This document shows, one piece after another, positions 20,608 through 29,536 of a stretch of DNA of 49,141 bases. Numbering within the stretch: position 1 is the first letter of the stretch; each line of letters begins with the position of its first letter. The notes beneath the pieces are model-generated. The model did no database searches and was not told the origin of the DNA. It worked only from the letters and a program-made list of their open reading frames with translations. The stretch is from the NCBI GenBank assembly GCA_964448115.1, contig CAYUVA010000029.1, positions 7,125 through 56,265 of the forward strand, given 5' to 3'. This DNA comes from an uncultured bacterium. GTDB taxonomy: Bacteria > CAYUVA01. Made by a program: the position numbers and the translations under genes.

Positions 20608-23028
20608 CTACTCTATGGTTAAATATGGCCAGAGGTGGCTCTGGTTGCCATCGAGGTCCCTGGCGCGGATCTCAAGTAAATATGCCCCTGAAGCTCCCTC
20701 TAGATCGCCACGACCAAAGGCTATCGAAAGCCCATAAACACCATCACCACGAGCGAAATCTCCGTGATACCCATCATCGAAAAAGTACAATCCCGCAGGC
20801 TGCCCGGCAAAATAAAGCTGCACTTCCATTATATTGCCTAGACCTTGCGGGTCAGATACCGCTGCCAGAATACGCAAAATGCCCCCACGATCCTCTGAAA
20901 GTTCGGTATCAAAATAGCCCGCTGCCAGAATGTTCGGCGCATCACCACCCCTTGAAGATGCGATCACAGCAAGATCATACAAAATGCGCCAATCATTCGC
21001 TACAGCAAATAGATCTGCGCCGCTACCAAAGCCTTTGTCTCCACCTTCTCCCTCGGAGATCTCAAGAAATGGCCACAGATAGCTGATGCCTCCGCGGTCA
21101 TCAGTGGCTTTAAGCTCGATTAGCAGCTCCACAGGCGGAATTCCCGGCTCGATGAATACATCGCTTAGCCAGTAGATTCCCTGCGAACCGCCGAGTTCAG
21201 GGAGCTTTAATCCAGTAGGCGAGCCCTGGTACCAGACCTCAACCTCCTCGACCGTACCATCTGCGTCTGATGTCCAGGCGACCAGATCAAGATACCCCCC
21301 TGATTGCGATGTTATCTGCGTGCCCAGGTAGCCTGCCATCAATATCTTGGGACGATAGTTGAATGGAGTCGGCGTGCTGGTCGGATGTGGAGTCCTGGTC
21401 GCAGTCGGGGTCGTGGTCGGCGTAGCTCTCGGCGTAGGGGTTATATCCCCAGTGAGGACGATATTGCCATCCGCATAGCCCCAGACGCCGGTTTGTACAT
21501 CCTTGCCCTTTAGCTGCCAGAAATACTCTCCAGCAGCAAGCTGTGCGCCCATGTCATCGGTGCCATCCCAGCGCTGCGTCTCGCTGAAGTACTCATATTG
21601 CCCCGCATAAGTCCAGCGCCGAAGCAGCTCCTGGTCCGCGCTAAGTATGGACAGGCTGATGTTCTCGATCATATCCTCGGGCGGCTCGGCATTGCCGTAC
21701 ATGGTGAACAGCGTCGTATCCTGGAAGCCATCCCCATCTGGTGAGAACGGATTTGGGCTGACCTCCACGAAGAAAAGCGGTCCCTCCCCTGTTGGCGTAG
21801 CGGTCGGCGTTGCGGTCATGATAGTACCGGTTACGGTTGGTGTAACCGTCGGCGTCTCGGTGATTGTTGGCGTGAATGTCGGAGTCGTTGTCGGGGTCGA
21901 GGTTGGAGTCGGAATGAACTTCTTGAGCGCGTAGAGCTTGTGATCCTTGGAGCCGAAGAAGATGTACTGTTCGGGACCGATTGCAGGCGATGACCAGACC
22001 TCGTCTCCGGTCTCATAAGACCAGAGTAAATGACCATCCTTATCGAGGCAATATGCCTTGCCATCCCTTGAGCCAAAGTAGATGTTCTCATTCAAGTCAA
22101 TAGCTGGAGAGCTTATAATCTCGCCACCGGTGTTGTACTGCCAATCTTTAAGTCCGGTTGTAGCATCAATTGCATACATCACGCCGTTGGCGCTTCCGCA
22201 GTAGATGGTTCCGCTGGGAGCGATGCCAGGCGAACATCTCGACTCGCCGCCGATGTTGAAGCTCCAGTTTACAGAACCTGCTGAGCTAAGTGAATACAAC
22301 TTTTGATCCTTGCTGGCAAAGTAGATATTGCCATTTTCATCGATTGCCGGCGATGAGGCTATGATATCACCTGTTTCATAAGACCAAAGCAGAGTGCCAT
22401 CCGAATTGATGGCATAAAGAAAGTTATCAAGAGAACCAGCATAAGCGATCCCAGAATCGGTTACCGCCGGCGCTGCATAAACCGCATCATCTGTTTCATA
22501 TTTCCAGACCGTTGAGCCACCTTGCGTTATGCAATATATCTTTGAGTCTGCACAGCCGAAGTACAGATTGCCGTCAGCGCCGATGGTTACTGAGCTCATT
22601 ACCCAGCCACCGGTACTGTACTGCCATTTCAGTGTTCCATCCGAGTTGAGAGCGACCAGGCGATTCATATCTCCGACAAAGATAGTGCCGTCATCTGCCA
22701 CGGCAGGGGTACTGAAGACATTGACACTCAGTTGATAGGACCACCTGAGGAAGCCATTGAAGCCTACCGCATAGATTTTACTGAAGCTGCCGATAGTGCC
22801 TATGTATATAGTCCCATAGTGCCCTAGAACAGGGGAGTTGATTATTGAGCCGTCAGCAACATAACTCCATTTTAGCCAGGCATCCGGGCTGCCGGCTAGC
22901 TCGACATATCCAGTATGCGCACCATTCTGCTGGAACTGCGTCCAGGGGGACTGCGACCAGGCAGGCATTGCCGCCAAGCCGATGGTGAGTGCGATTATCA
23001 TTATCAGTGCTATCTTTTTCATTGGCAA
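20608..23028 (-). CDS. Secreted PQQ-like beta-propeller repeat protein. It carries Pro/Thr-rich linkers, a FlgD-Ig-like segment, and two copies of a C-terminal domain of about 105 aa.
   Basis: Signal peptide MPMKKIALIMIIALTIGLAAMPAWSQ. More than 8 repeats of the pattern YAxxxxDGTLxWxYxTG. Linkers: TPTSTPTTTPTFTPTITETPTVTPTV. FSPDGDGFQD motif. Duplicated domain ending in WPFLEI and WPYLTIE. Confidence 0.8.
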   Translation of the reverse strand: MPMKKIALIMIIALTIGLAAMPAWSQSPWTQFQQNGAHTGYVELAGSPDAWLKWSYVADGSIINSPVLGHYGTIYIGTIGSFSKIYAVGFNGFLRWSYQLSVNVFSTPAVADDGTIFVGDMNRLVALNSDGTLKWQYSTGGWVMSSVTIGADGNLYFGCADSKIYCITQGGSTVWKYETDDAVYAAPAVTDSGIAYAGSLDNFLYAINSDGTLLWSYETGDIIASSPAIDENGNIYFASKDQKLYSLSSAGSVNWSFNIGGESRCSPGIAPSGTIYCGSANGVMYAIDATTGLKDWQYNTGGEIISSPAIDLNENIYFGSRDGKAYCLDKDGHLLWSYETGDEVWSSPAIGPEQYIFFGSKDHKLYALKKFIPTPTSTPTTTPTFTPTITETPTVTPTVTGTIMTATPTATPTGEGPLFFVEVSPNPFSPDGDGFQDTTLFTMYGNAEPPEDMIENISLSILSADQELLRRWTYAGQYEYFSETQRWDGTDDMGAQLAAGEYFWQLKGKDVQTGVWGYADGNIVLTGDITPTPRATPTTTPTATRTPHPTSTPTPFNYRPKILMAGYLGTQITSQSGGYLDLVAWTSDADGTVEEVEVWYQGSPTGLKLPELGGSQGIYWLSDVFIEPGIPPVELLIELKATDDRGGISYLWPFLEISEGEGGDKGFGSGADLFAVANDWRILYDLAVIASSRGGDAPNILAAGYFDTELSEDRGGILRILAAVSDPQGLGNIMEVQLYFAGQPAGLYFFDDGYHGDFARGDGVYGLSIAFGRGDLEGASGAYLLEIRARDLDGNQSHLWPYLTIE

Positions 23029-23124
23029 CCTGCACCTCGTATAGTATCCATCGTAGTTATCAACGGTATATTGGTATCATCCTGATCCGCAATAAGAGGC
23101 ATAAAATATTATCTAACGCTATGA

Positions 23125-23802
23125 TTACTTTTTTGTTGATGGGAGATTTCCATTCTTTCTCAGCCGTCTGATCCTTCCCTTGACCGAACCGTAGCTGGTA
23201 CCGAGTTCCTCGGCGATTACCCTCTTAGGCTTTTTGATATTTTCAACAAGGTAGCGATCCCGTTCCTTAGTCCAGACAAACTTCCTTCTGTTCTTCTGCT
23301 TGATATAGCCGATCGATTTAAGCCGGTGTATTCTACCCTTTATTGAGGCGATAGTCGTTCCCAGCTTCTCCGCTAGCTCGGCATTGGTGAGATGAAGGTT
23401 CTCCTTGATGAATCTATCTTTTTTTTCGTCCCAGGCGCATAGTCGCCTAAGTTTTAAGGCTTTCAATCTCCATTGTATTAGCTTTGGGTCAGTGTTCAAT
23501 GCCTCGGCAAGTTGCTGGTTGCTGTTGGTCTGATAATGGTTTCTGAGATAATCATCTCGTTCCTTGCCCCAAAACTGGGAGCGATCCAGCATCTTCACCA
23601 CGCCATCGAAGTCGATTTTAATGGCGCTTAGCTGATCCTCTAGCACCTTGCCGAGCTTGTTATATTCCTTTATATAGACAATATCTCCAGGTTGGTATAT
23701 TTTTAGAAAATTTATCCCCGTCCTCTTGGCGGTTCGTATATTTCTGGCTCTTTCCTTTATCTTTTTAAGCCTATCGTTGTTCATGATGTAATATCCTTTC
23801 AT
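23125..23802 (-). CDS. Putative DNA-binding protein with three tandem sigma-70 region-4-like / Myb-like HTH repeats.
   Basis: Three repeats of W(G/T/E)KE(R/K)D..L..N....LAE.LG(T).....(I)..R...L+ (NQQLAEALNTDPKLIQWRLKALK, NAELAEKLGTTIASIKGRIHRLK, KRVIAEELGTSYGSVKGRIRRLRKNG). Very basic protein. Confidence 0.55.
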   Translation of the reverse strand: MKGYYIMNNDRLKKIKERARNIRTAKRTGINFLKIYQPGDIVYIKEYNKLGKVLEDQLSAIKIDFDGVVKMLDRSQFWGKERDDYLRNHYQTNSNQQLAEALNTDPKLIQWRLKALKLRRLCAWDEKKDRFIKENLHLTNAELAEKLGTTIASIKGRIHRLKSIGYIKQKNRRKFVWTKERDRYLVENIKKPKRVIAEELGTSYGSVKGRIRRLRKNGNLPSTKK

Positions 23803-23999
23803 CTTTTTTTTGTTGATTATATAAGAATAATTGAAAAAAATAAAGCCACCAACTAGTTCGGTCGGTTTGTAAATGTCTTGTGAGATCTAGTTGTTTCTCC
23901 CTTGTTAAACTGAAAAGATTTTGATAGATTCCAGATCATGGAAGTAGTTAGCCATCTTAGTGAATATACCATTGATAAAATACTACAAGGAGTGCTGCT

Positions 24000-25163
24000 A
24001 TGAAGGGATTAGTCTTGGACGCTAAATGGGATCCTAAGCCGGACTATAAACTGAGCGATTTCGAGAGATCGACTGGAAAAGCGATAACTGGTTCGTCGGT
24101 TTGGAGAGATCCCAAGCTGGAGGTTAGGGAATGGGAGATGCCAAAGCCTGGCGATAACGATGTTTTAATAAAGGTCAAGGCTTGCGGGGTATGCGGCTCG
24201 GATATGCATTTCTACGAGACCGATGAGGATAACTACATACTCTATCCTGGCTTGACGAAATTCCCGACCATACTGGGACACGAGTTTTCTGGACAAGTAG
24301 TTGAGGTCGGCAAGAGGGTGAATGACCTGAAGGTTGGCGACATGGTTACGGTCGAGGAGATGATGTGGTGCGGGCGCTGCAAGCCTTGTAGAGCGGGATT
24401 CCCCAATCACTGTACCAACCTCGAGGAGCTTGGATTCACCATCCCCGGCGCTGATGCCGAGTATATTGCGGTTGATGCCAAGTACTGCTGGAAGCTCGAT
24501 GAGCTGAAAAGGCAGTATTCGGATGATGAGACCATATACGAGGTTGGAGCTACCGTGGAGCCAACCTCTGTGGCTTATAACAGCATTTTCGTTCGCGGGC
24601 AGGGATTTCAACCGGGGGCTTATTTCGTGGTTTTTGGAGTTGGACCTATCGGGCTTGCTGCTATTCAATTGGCTAGATCCGCTGGTGCCAGTTTGATCAT
24701 CGCCTTCGAGGTATCAAAGGGAAGACTGGAATTGGCAAGAAAGCTGGGTGTTGACTATGCCTTCCATCCGGATGAGATAGATACAAGTCCTGGCCAGGTG
24801 GTCATGGACTTGACCCACGGCGAGGGCGCTGATTTCATCCTGGAGGCTGCTGGCGTCCCTGAGTTTTGCATCCTTGAAGCCGAGAAATGCCTGGCGGTCA
24901 ATGGTAAAATATCACAGATTGGGAGGGCGGCAGATCGTGTGCCCATGTACATCGAGGTGCTCCAGGTGCGCAGGGGGCAGCTTTTCGGCTCACAGGGACA
25001 CTCGGGACATAATATCTTTCCCAATGTCATTCGCATGATGGCTGCCGGATTGGTTGATAATACTAAGATAATCACAGCCAGATTCCCCTTGGATAAGGCA
25101 GTGGATGCAATTGCCCAATCTACCTCCCGCCAGGACGGCAAGATCATCATTAAACCGGAGTAA
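24000..25163 (+). CDS. Zn-dependent alcohol/polyol dehydrogenase (MDR superfamily).
   Basis: Catalytic Zn motif CGVCGSDMH...GHEFSG, structural Zn Cys cluster CGRCKPCRAGFPNHC, NAD(P) fold GVGPIGLAAIQLA. The AAGGAG RBS is present. Confidence 0.85.
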   Translation: MKGLVLDAKWDPKPDYKLSDFERSTGKAITGSSVWRDPKLEVREWEMPKPGDNDVLIKVKACGVCGSDMHFYETDEDNYILYPGLTKFPTILGHEFSGQVVEVGKRVNDLKVGDMVTVEEMMWCGRCKPCRAGFPNHCTNLEELGFTIPGADAEYIAVDAKYCWKLDELKRQYSDDETIYEVGATVEPTSVAYNSIFVRGQGFQPGAYFVVFGVGPIGLAAIQLARSAGASLIIAFEVSKGRLELARKLGVDYAFHPDEIDTSPGQVVMDLTHGEGADFILEAAGVPEFCILEAEKCLAVNGKISQIGRAADRVPMYIEVLQVRRGQLFGSQGHSGHNIFPNVIRMMAAGLVDNTKIITARFPLDKAVDAIAQSTSRQDGKIIIKPE

Positions 25164-25166
25164 ATT

Positions 25167-26195
25167 ATGGTCGAAAAAGAATTGATGTCAGCCGCTGTAT
25201 TCGAGGATGAAGGAAAGCTGGCATTAAAAGAGATACCAATCCCTCGCATCACCAAGCCTGACCATGTCCTTCTCAAGGTTGAGGCGGCAAGTATCTGTGG
25301 AACCGATATAAAGATCCTGCAAGTGCCACCATTGCATCCAGCAGAAAAGGGTATAGTTCTGGGGCATGAGTATGTCGGCACCGTGGTCGATAAGGGAGAG
25401 GCTTGCCAGCATCTAAAGGTCGGCGACCTGGCAGCGGTCGATCCTAATATCACCTGTGGATACTGCTTTTTCTGTCGTAACGGACAGCCAAATATGTGCC
25501 TGAACATGACCACACTGGGGATATTCAAGGACGGTGGATTCGCCGAGTATAGCGTTGCACCGGCCAAGGCACTGCACAAGGTGAAGAAGGACATTCCCCC
25601 TGAGCTTGCCGTCTATGCTGAGCCTCTTTCCTGTATCGTAAATGCCTTTGATAAGCTGGACTTCAAGATCGGCTCCAAGGTATTGGTGCTCGGAGCCGGT
25701 CCCATCGGGCTTTACTTCATCATGTTCTTCGTCAAGTCATTCTCCTCGCTGGTTGCGGTATCCGAGCCAAATAACTATCGAAGAAACTATGCGGAAAAAC
25801 TGGGTGCGAATCTGGTCATCGATCCCAATGAGGGCGATCTTTTCAAGATCTCCGAGGAACATACCAAGGTCGGCTTCGATATAGTGGTCGATGCGGTGGG
25901 CACATTGCTCCCCCAAGCGCTGAAGCTGGTGAGAAAAGGGGGAACTATCCTTATGTTTGGAATGAACGATCAGGAGCAATCCACCATTGCACCATACTAT
26001 CTGACAAGGTATGAGATAAAGCTATTGGGCACTTTTATCTCCAACTTTTCCTTTGCCAGGGCAATTAGTCTGATCGAATCGCGGAGATTACCTCTCGATA
26101 AGGTTATAACTCACCGCATCCCGCTATCCTCGATCAGCGATGGTATCAAGTGGATGGAAAGCGGCGAGGCGCTCAAGATCATCGTAAAACCTTAG
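25167..26195 (+). CDS. Zn-dependent alcohol dehydrogenase, threonine/sorbitol dehydrogenase-like.
   Basis: CGTDIKI...GHEYVGTV, CGYCFFCRNGQPNMC, GAGPIGLYFIMF. It starts 4 bp after the previous ADH stop. Confidence 0.85.
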   Translation: MVEKELMSAAVFEDEGKLALKEIPIPRITKPDHVLLKVEAASICGTDIKILQVPPLHPAEKGIVLGHEYVGTVVDKGEACQHLKVGDLAAVDPNITCGYCFFCRNGQPNMCLNMTTLGIFKDGGFAEYSVAPAKALHKVKKDIPPELAVYAEPLSCIVNAFDKLDFKIGSKVLVLGAGPIGLYFIMFFVKSFSSLVAVSEPNNYRRNYAEKLGANLVIDPNEGDLFKISEEHTKVGFDIVVDAVGTLLPQALKLVRKGGTILMFGMNDQEQSTIAPYYLTRYEIKLLGTFISNFSFARAISLIESRRLPLDKVITHRIPLSSISDGIKWMESGEALKIIVKP

Positions 26196-26246
26196 CAATA
26201 CACGCGATAGTTCTTATCTAGGGAAAGTATCCCTGTAATTGTAATT

Positions 26247-27608
26247 GTGTCAAAAAATACAAATAATTCGGCAAAGCAGACTGAACATAAGGCTAGCCAG
26301 AACCATCTGCTAAACCTATGCTTTGAGAGCCTCTCCAACGGAAAGGATATCCTGCTTAGCTCTAGCCCCGGCTGCGGGAAGACTTATCTACTCAAGCGGT
26401 TAGGTGAGATGTTCTCCAAGGATAGAAAAAGGAGATACATCTACTTTGATTGCCGCTGGATATGCACCACTCCACAGAGGTTCATAAAAGAGCTTTTATC
26501 CAGGATAATCAACGAATTATACTCGAAATCCAATCATCGCCGCCGACTTATTACCAAACTCAGGGATTCTTTATTGAACGAGGCAGGGATCAGACTCATC
26601 GATCCCAGGCAAACAAGACTACAGATAGATATTTACTCACCGGATAAGGGTTTTTACTTGCAGCTCGAAGAAGGGTTGCGACTAATTAAGTCCTTATTAA
26701 ATGATCTTGCTTTGCAGCTTATATTTGCCTGGGATAACTTCGAGGAAACTCAGACTCTGCGTAATTATCCAGATATGCATGATTTTATGGAGAAGTTTTG
26801 CGAGCTTATTATCTGCGATGATGTGATCAAAAATATTATTACACTTGGATGCGAGATTCAGCTTCGGAGTTGTAATCATAAGCTAGTAAGATATCGAATG
26901 ATTCCATTCAACCTGGATGATATCAAGGCTCTTAAAAGGTTTTCTGCACCTGTCGCTCAGGAGTTCGCATATTTCACTGGGGGAAAACCGTTATACCTTG
27001 ACATCTTCAGCACTTATTATCAGGACTTGAGCGAGGAAGAGCGGCTATCCGATAAGAAGGCTATTATGACAGTGCTTAGATATGTACTGTGGGATCTTTT
27101 ATCAGACAATGGCATGTTGAATAGCTATGTGGAGAGGATGCTTATCGATAGACTATCCAGGGCAAGGGGCTATGGTGTGCTCAAGGAGATATTAAGTGTC
27201 CTTAGCCAGCAACCAGGCGCCAAGCTCAAGGATATCTCGGACCAAATAGGCAGGATCCGCTCCAGTACACTTAACTATCTTAAGGAGTTACAAGCTGTTT
27301 ATCTAATCGAACGGCGGGGTTATCATTACTTCATCGCTGACCCGATCCTCTCAATGTACCTTAGGTTCAACAGCCAGTATCCACTTTCCAGGTTGAGTTG
27401 GAGGGATATAGATGACAAACTTATTGATAGTATTTATCCAAGCGAGTTTAAGTTTGCCGAGCTGGTTTACAGCCTGAACCTGATGGAGGAGGATAGCATA
27501 AAGCCGACCAAACGAAGGGAAAAAAGACCGCCCGCCAAGGATAAAAAAACGAAGGCTAAACCCACTGAAAACACTATAACTAGGGCATTCAAGCCAGAGA
27601 TAGACTGA
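26247..27608 (+). CDS. AAA-type ATPase (archaeal-ATPase/ORC-like fold) with a C-terminal winged-helix-like region and a Lys-rich tail.
   Basis: Walker A SSSPGCGKTYLLKRL, Walker B-like IFAWDNFEE, and a basic C-terminal tail KRREKRPPAKDKKTKAKP. Confidence 0.65.
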   Translation: MSKNTNNSAKQTEHKASQNHLLNLCFESLSNGKDILLSSSPGCGKTYLLKRLGEMFSKDRKRRYIYFDCRWICTTPQRFIKELLSRIINELYSKSNHRRRLITKLRDSLLNEAGIRLIDPRQTRLQIDIYSPDKGFYLQLEEGLRLIKSLLNDLALQLIFAWDNFEETQTLRNYPDMHDFMEKFCELIICDDVIKNIITLGCEIQLRSCNHKLVRYRMIPFNLDDIKALKRFSAPVAQEFAYFTGGKPLYLDIFSTYYQDLSEEERLSDKKAIMTVLRYVLWDLLSDNGMLNSYVERMLIDRLSRARGYGVLKEILSVLSQQPGAKLKDISDQIGRIRSSTLNYLKELQAVYLIERRGYHYFIADPILSMYLRFNSQYPLSRLSWRDIDDKLIDSIYPSEFKFAELVYSLNLMEEDSIKPTKRREKRPPAKDKKTKAKPTENTITRAFKPEID

Positions 27609-27647
27609 TCTGATATTCCCAAGATGGAGGGCTGGGAATGGAAAGCT

Positions 27648-29477
27648 TCACGGTTTATCCAAGATGATCGGCTTTAGGCGCACAGAATGCTTTTTACCAT
27701 CAAAGTCTATATCTGCCAGCAGTGCGACCTTGCCGGGAAACAGCCCCATCGGCGCAGCCCTTCCTTTCTCGATCCGTGCATAGATGACACTGCTATCATA
27801 AAACGGGCTGTTGGCTGCAAGGGCGCCGTTTAGTATCACTTGGCGTGCTGATACATTAACTCCTGCCTGCGTATCTATATGAACCACGGCATTTTCGATA
27901 CCCTGGCGTTTAACATGAGTTGGAACCAGGCGCAAAAGCTCGGTCTCCTGCATCCATGCCGAGGCTACTCTGGGCACATAAGCCACCATGCTCTCCACTA
28001 TTAAAAAAGTTACCAGCAACGATGAGAAGTTGAAGCGGCGATCGGGAGTTTGTTTATCATCGGAAACTGATCCTGACAGATAGATCAAACCCCTCGCTGC
28101 CAATATTATCATAAATGGTATGGTTGGATAATAGTATCTCGCTCCCACCAGCATAAGCGCGCTATGCGCCCAGTACAGCATGTAAAAGATAGCAAAGCTC
28201 ACATTAAACGAAAACAGAAATATCTCCTTTCTGCCCCGATATGGGGAAAGTAGAGTTAATATCGGCAAAAGCAGGCTAACAAAAGGAAAACCAAGCAGAT
28301 TAACTGACATGACATAAAGATTTAGCCAGAGATTATATAATCCATCAAGGGGAGTATGCCCCTTATGGATTCCCTCCTTGATATCCATGACTCCATAAGA
28401 TCGTGGTTGATCGGTAAAGCCGATATTGTCAAGCCCCTGCTCGACGGTGTATGGGTGGCGGTGCATGTCGCCGGTAACCTGGTAATTATAGAAATAACCG
28501 AGCGCCAGCAGGATTATGTATCCGGCGATCATGAAAGGCATAATGGGCGCAACCTGGCTGAATGCCCGAAAGAGCTTGTAAATAAGGAGAAATAATATCG
28601 GAACGAGGATGAGCACCGCATCGAACGGCCTGGTCAGGGCTGCAAAGCCGAAGCTAAAGCCGGCGATCACCCCCCATAGGTACCGATGCCTGCCGTAAAA
28701 AGCTCGCAATATGCTGTAAACGAAAAGCACACCCCAAAAAGCAGTCGCAGTGTGCGCCAGGTAAGTCCCGTTCATAAACAGCGCAAACGGTGAGACCATA
28801 TAGAGAAACTGGGCAATAACTGCGGTTGTATGATCGAAAAGAAGCCTTGCCAGCAGGTAGATTACAAATCCTAGCAATGCGCCAAGAAGAGGATTGATCA
28901 ACCAAGGTGCACCGACAAGTATCCCTGGAACAAGCAAAAGCGGGTATCCAGGAAAGAACCTGGAAAACAGGCGTCCATTATAATAGACCGTATGTAACAC
29001 CTTGACATGAGGGATCAACTGCGCTGGAACCGATGAATAAAATTTACCATTAGCCAAAATCTTCGCCTGGTAAAGATTGCAGATTCCATCATCGAAGTGC
29101 GGAATTCCACCTATTATGATAATGGAAACGATGAGATAGAGCAAAAAACTGACTCCGAGCAATACATAAGGTGTACCTTTGTAAGCGAGTAATGACCTTG
29201 CAAAACTGCCGATTGCCAGTGCTATCTTAGGGGATTTTCGTGTTATCAACCAAATCACGGCTATTAGAAGGGGGTAAATGACTAGAAGCCTCAACAGTTC
29301 TCTTGATGCAGAGGCGGTAACCACATCAGGAAACAGCGGATCGAACCTGCTAGGGAGGATCTTGTTTACATGTAGCAGACTAAAGGACTGATCGAGTTGT
29401 GGTTTACATTGTGCCCCAGTTACAAATAGACTAAGAGCTAACAGTATGGCAAAGTGCATCGACAATCCCTTAATCAC
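27648..29477 (-). CDS. Polytopic membrane protein, GT39/ArnT-like glycosyltransferase candidate.
   Basis: About 12 predicted TM helices throughout, an N-terminal signal-like MHFAILLALSLFVTGAQC, and a large C-terminal soluble domain. The family assignment is tentative. Confidence 0.45.
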   Translation of the reverse strand: MIKGLSMHFAILLALSLFVTGAQCKPQLDQSFSLLHVNKILPSRFDPLFPDVVTASASRELLRLLVIYPLLIAVIWLITRKSPKIALAIGSFARSLLAYKGTPYVLLGVSFLLYLIVSIIIIGGIPHFDDGICNLYQAKILANGKFYSSVPAQLIPHVKVLHTVYYNGRLFSRFFPGYPLLLVPGILVGAPWLINPLLGALLGFVIYLLARLLFDHTTAVIAQFLYMVSPFALFMNGTYLAHTATAFWGVLFVYSILRAFYGRHRYLWGVIAGFSFGFAALTRPFDAVLILVPILFLLIYKLFRAFSQVAPIMPFMIAGYIILLALGYFYNYQVTGDMHRHPYTVEQGLDNIGFTDQPRSYGVMDIKEGIHKGHTPLDGLYNLWLNLYVMSVNLLGFPFVSLLLPILTLLSPYRGRKEIFLFSFNVSFAIFYMLYWAHSALMLVGARYYYPTIPFMIILAARGLIYLSGSVSDDKQTPDRRFNFSSLLVTFLIVESMVAYVPRVASAWMQETELLRLVPTHVKRQGIENAVVHIDTQAGVNVSARQVILNGALAANSPFYDSSVIYARIEKGRAAPMGLFPGKVALLADIDFDGKKHSVRLKPIILDKP

Positions 29478-29536
29478 TTATTGCCTTTATGCCTAGTTGG
29501 TTTTGTTCTGGATATGCTAAGAAACTTACAACAATA

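Noticed and set aside
24755-25594. 279-aa minus-strand ORF.
   Set aside because: It is antisense to the two Zn-ADH genes, both of which have canonical motifs. It is a shadow ORF.
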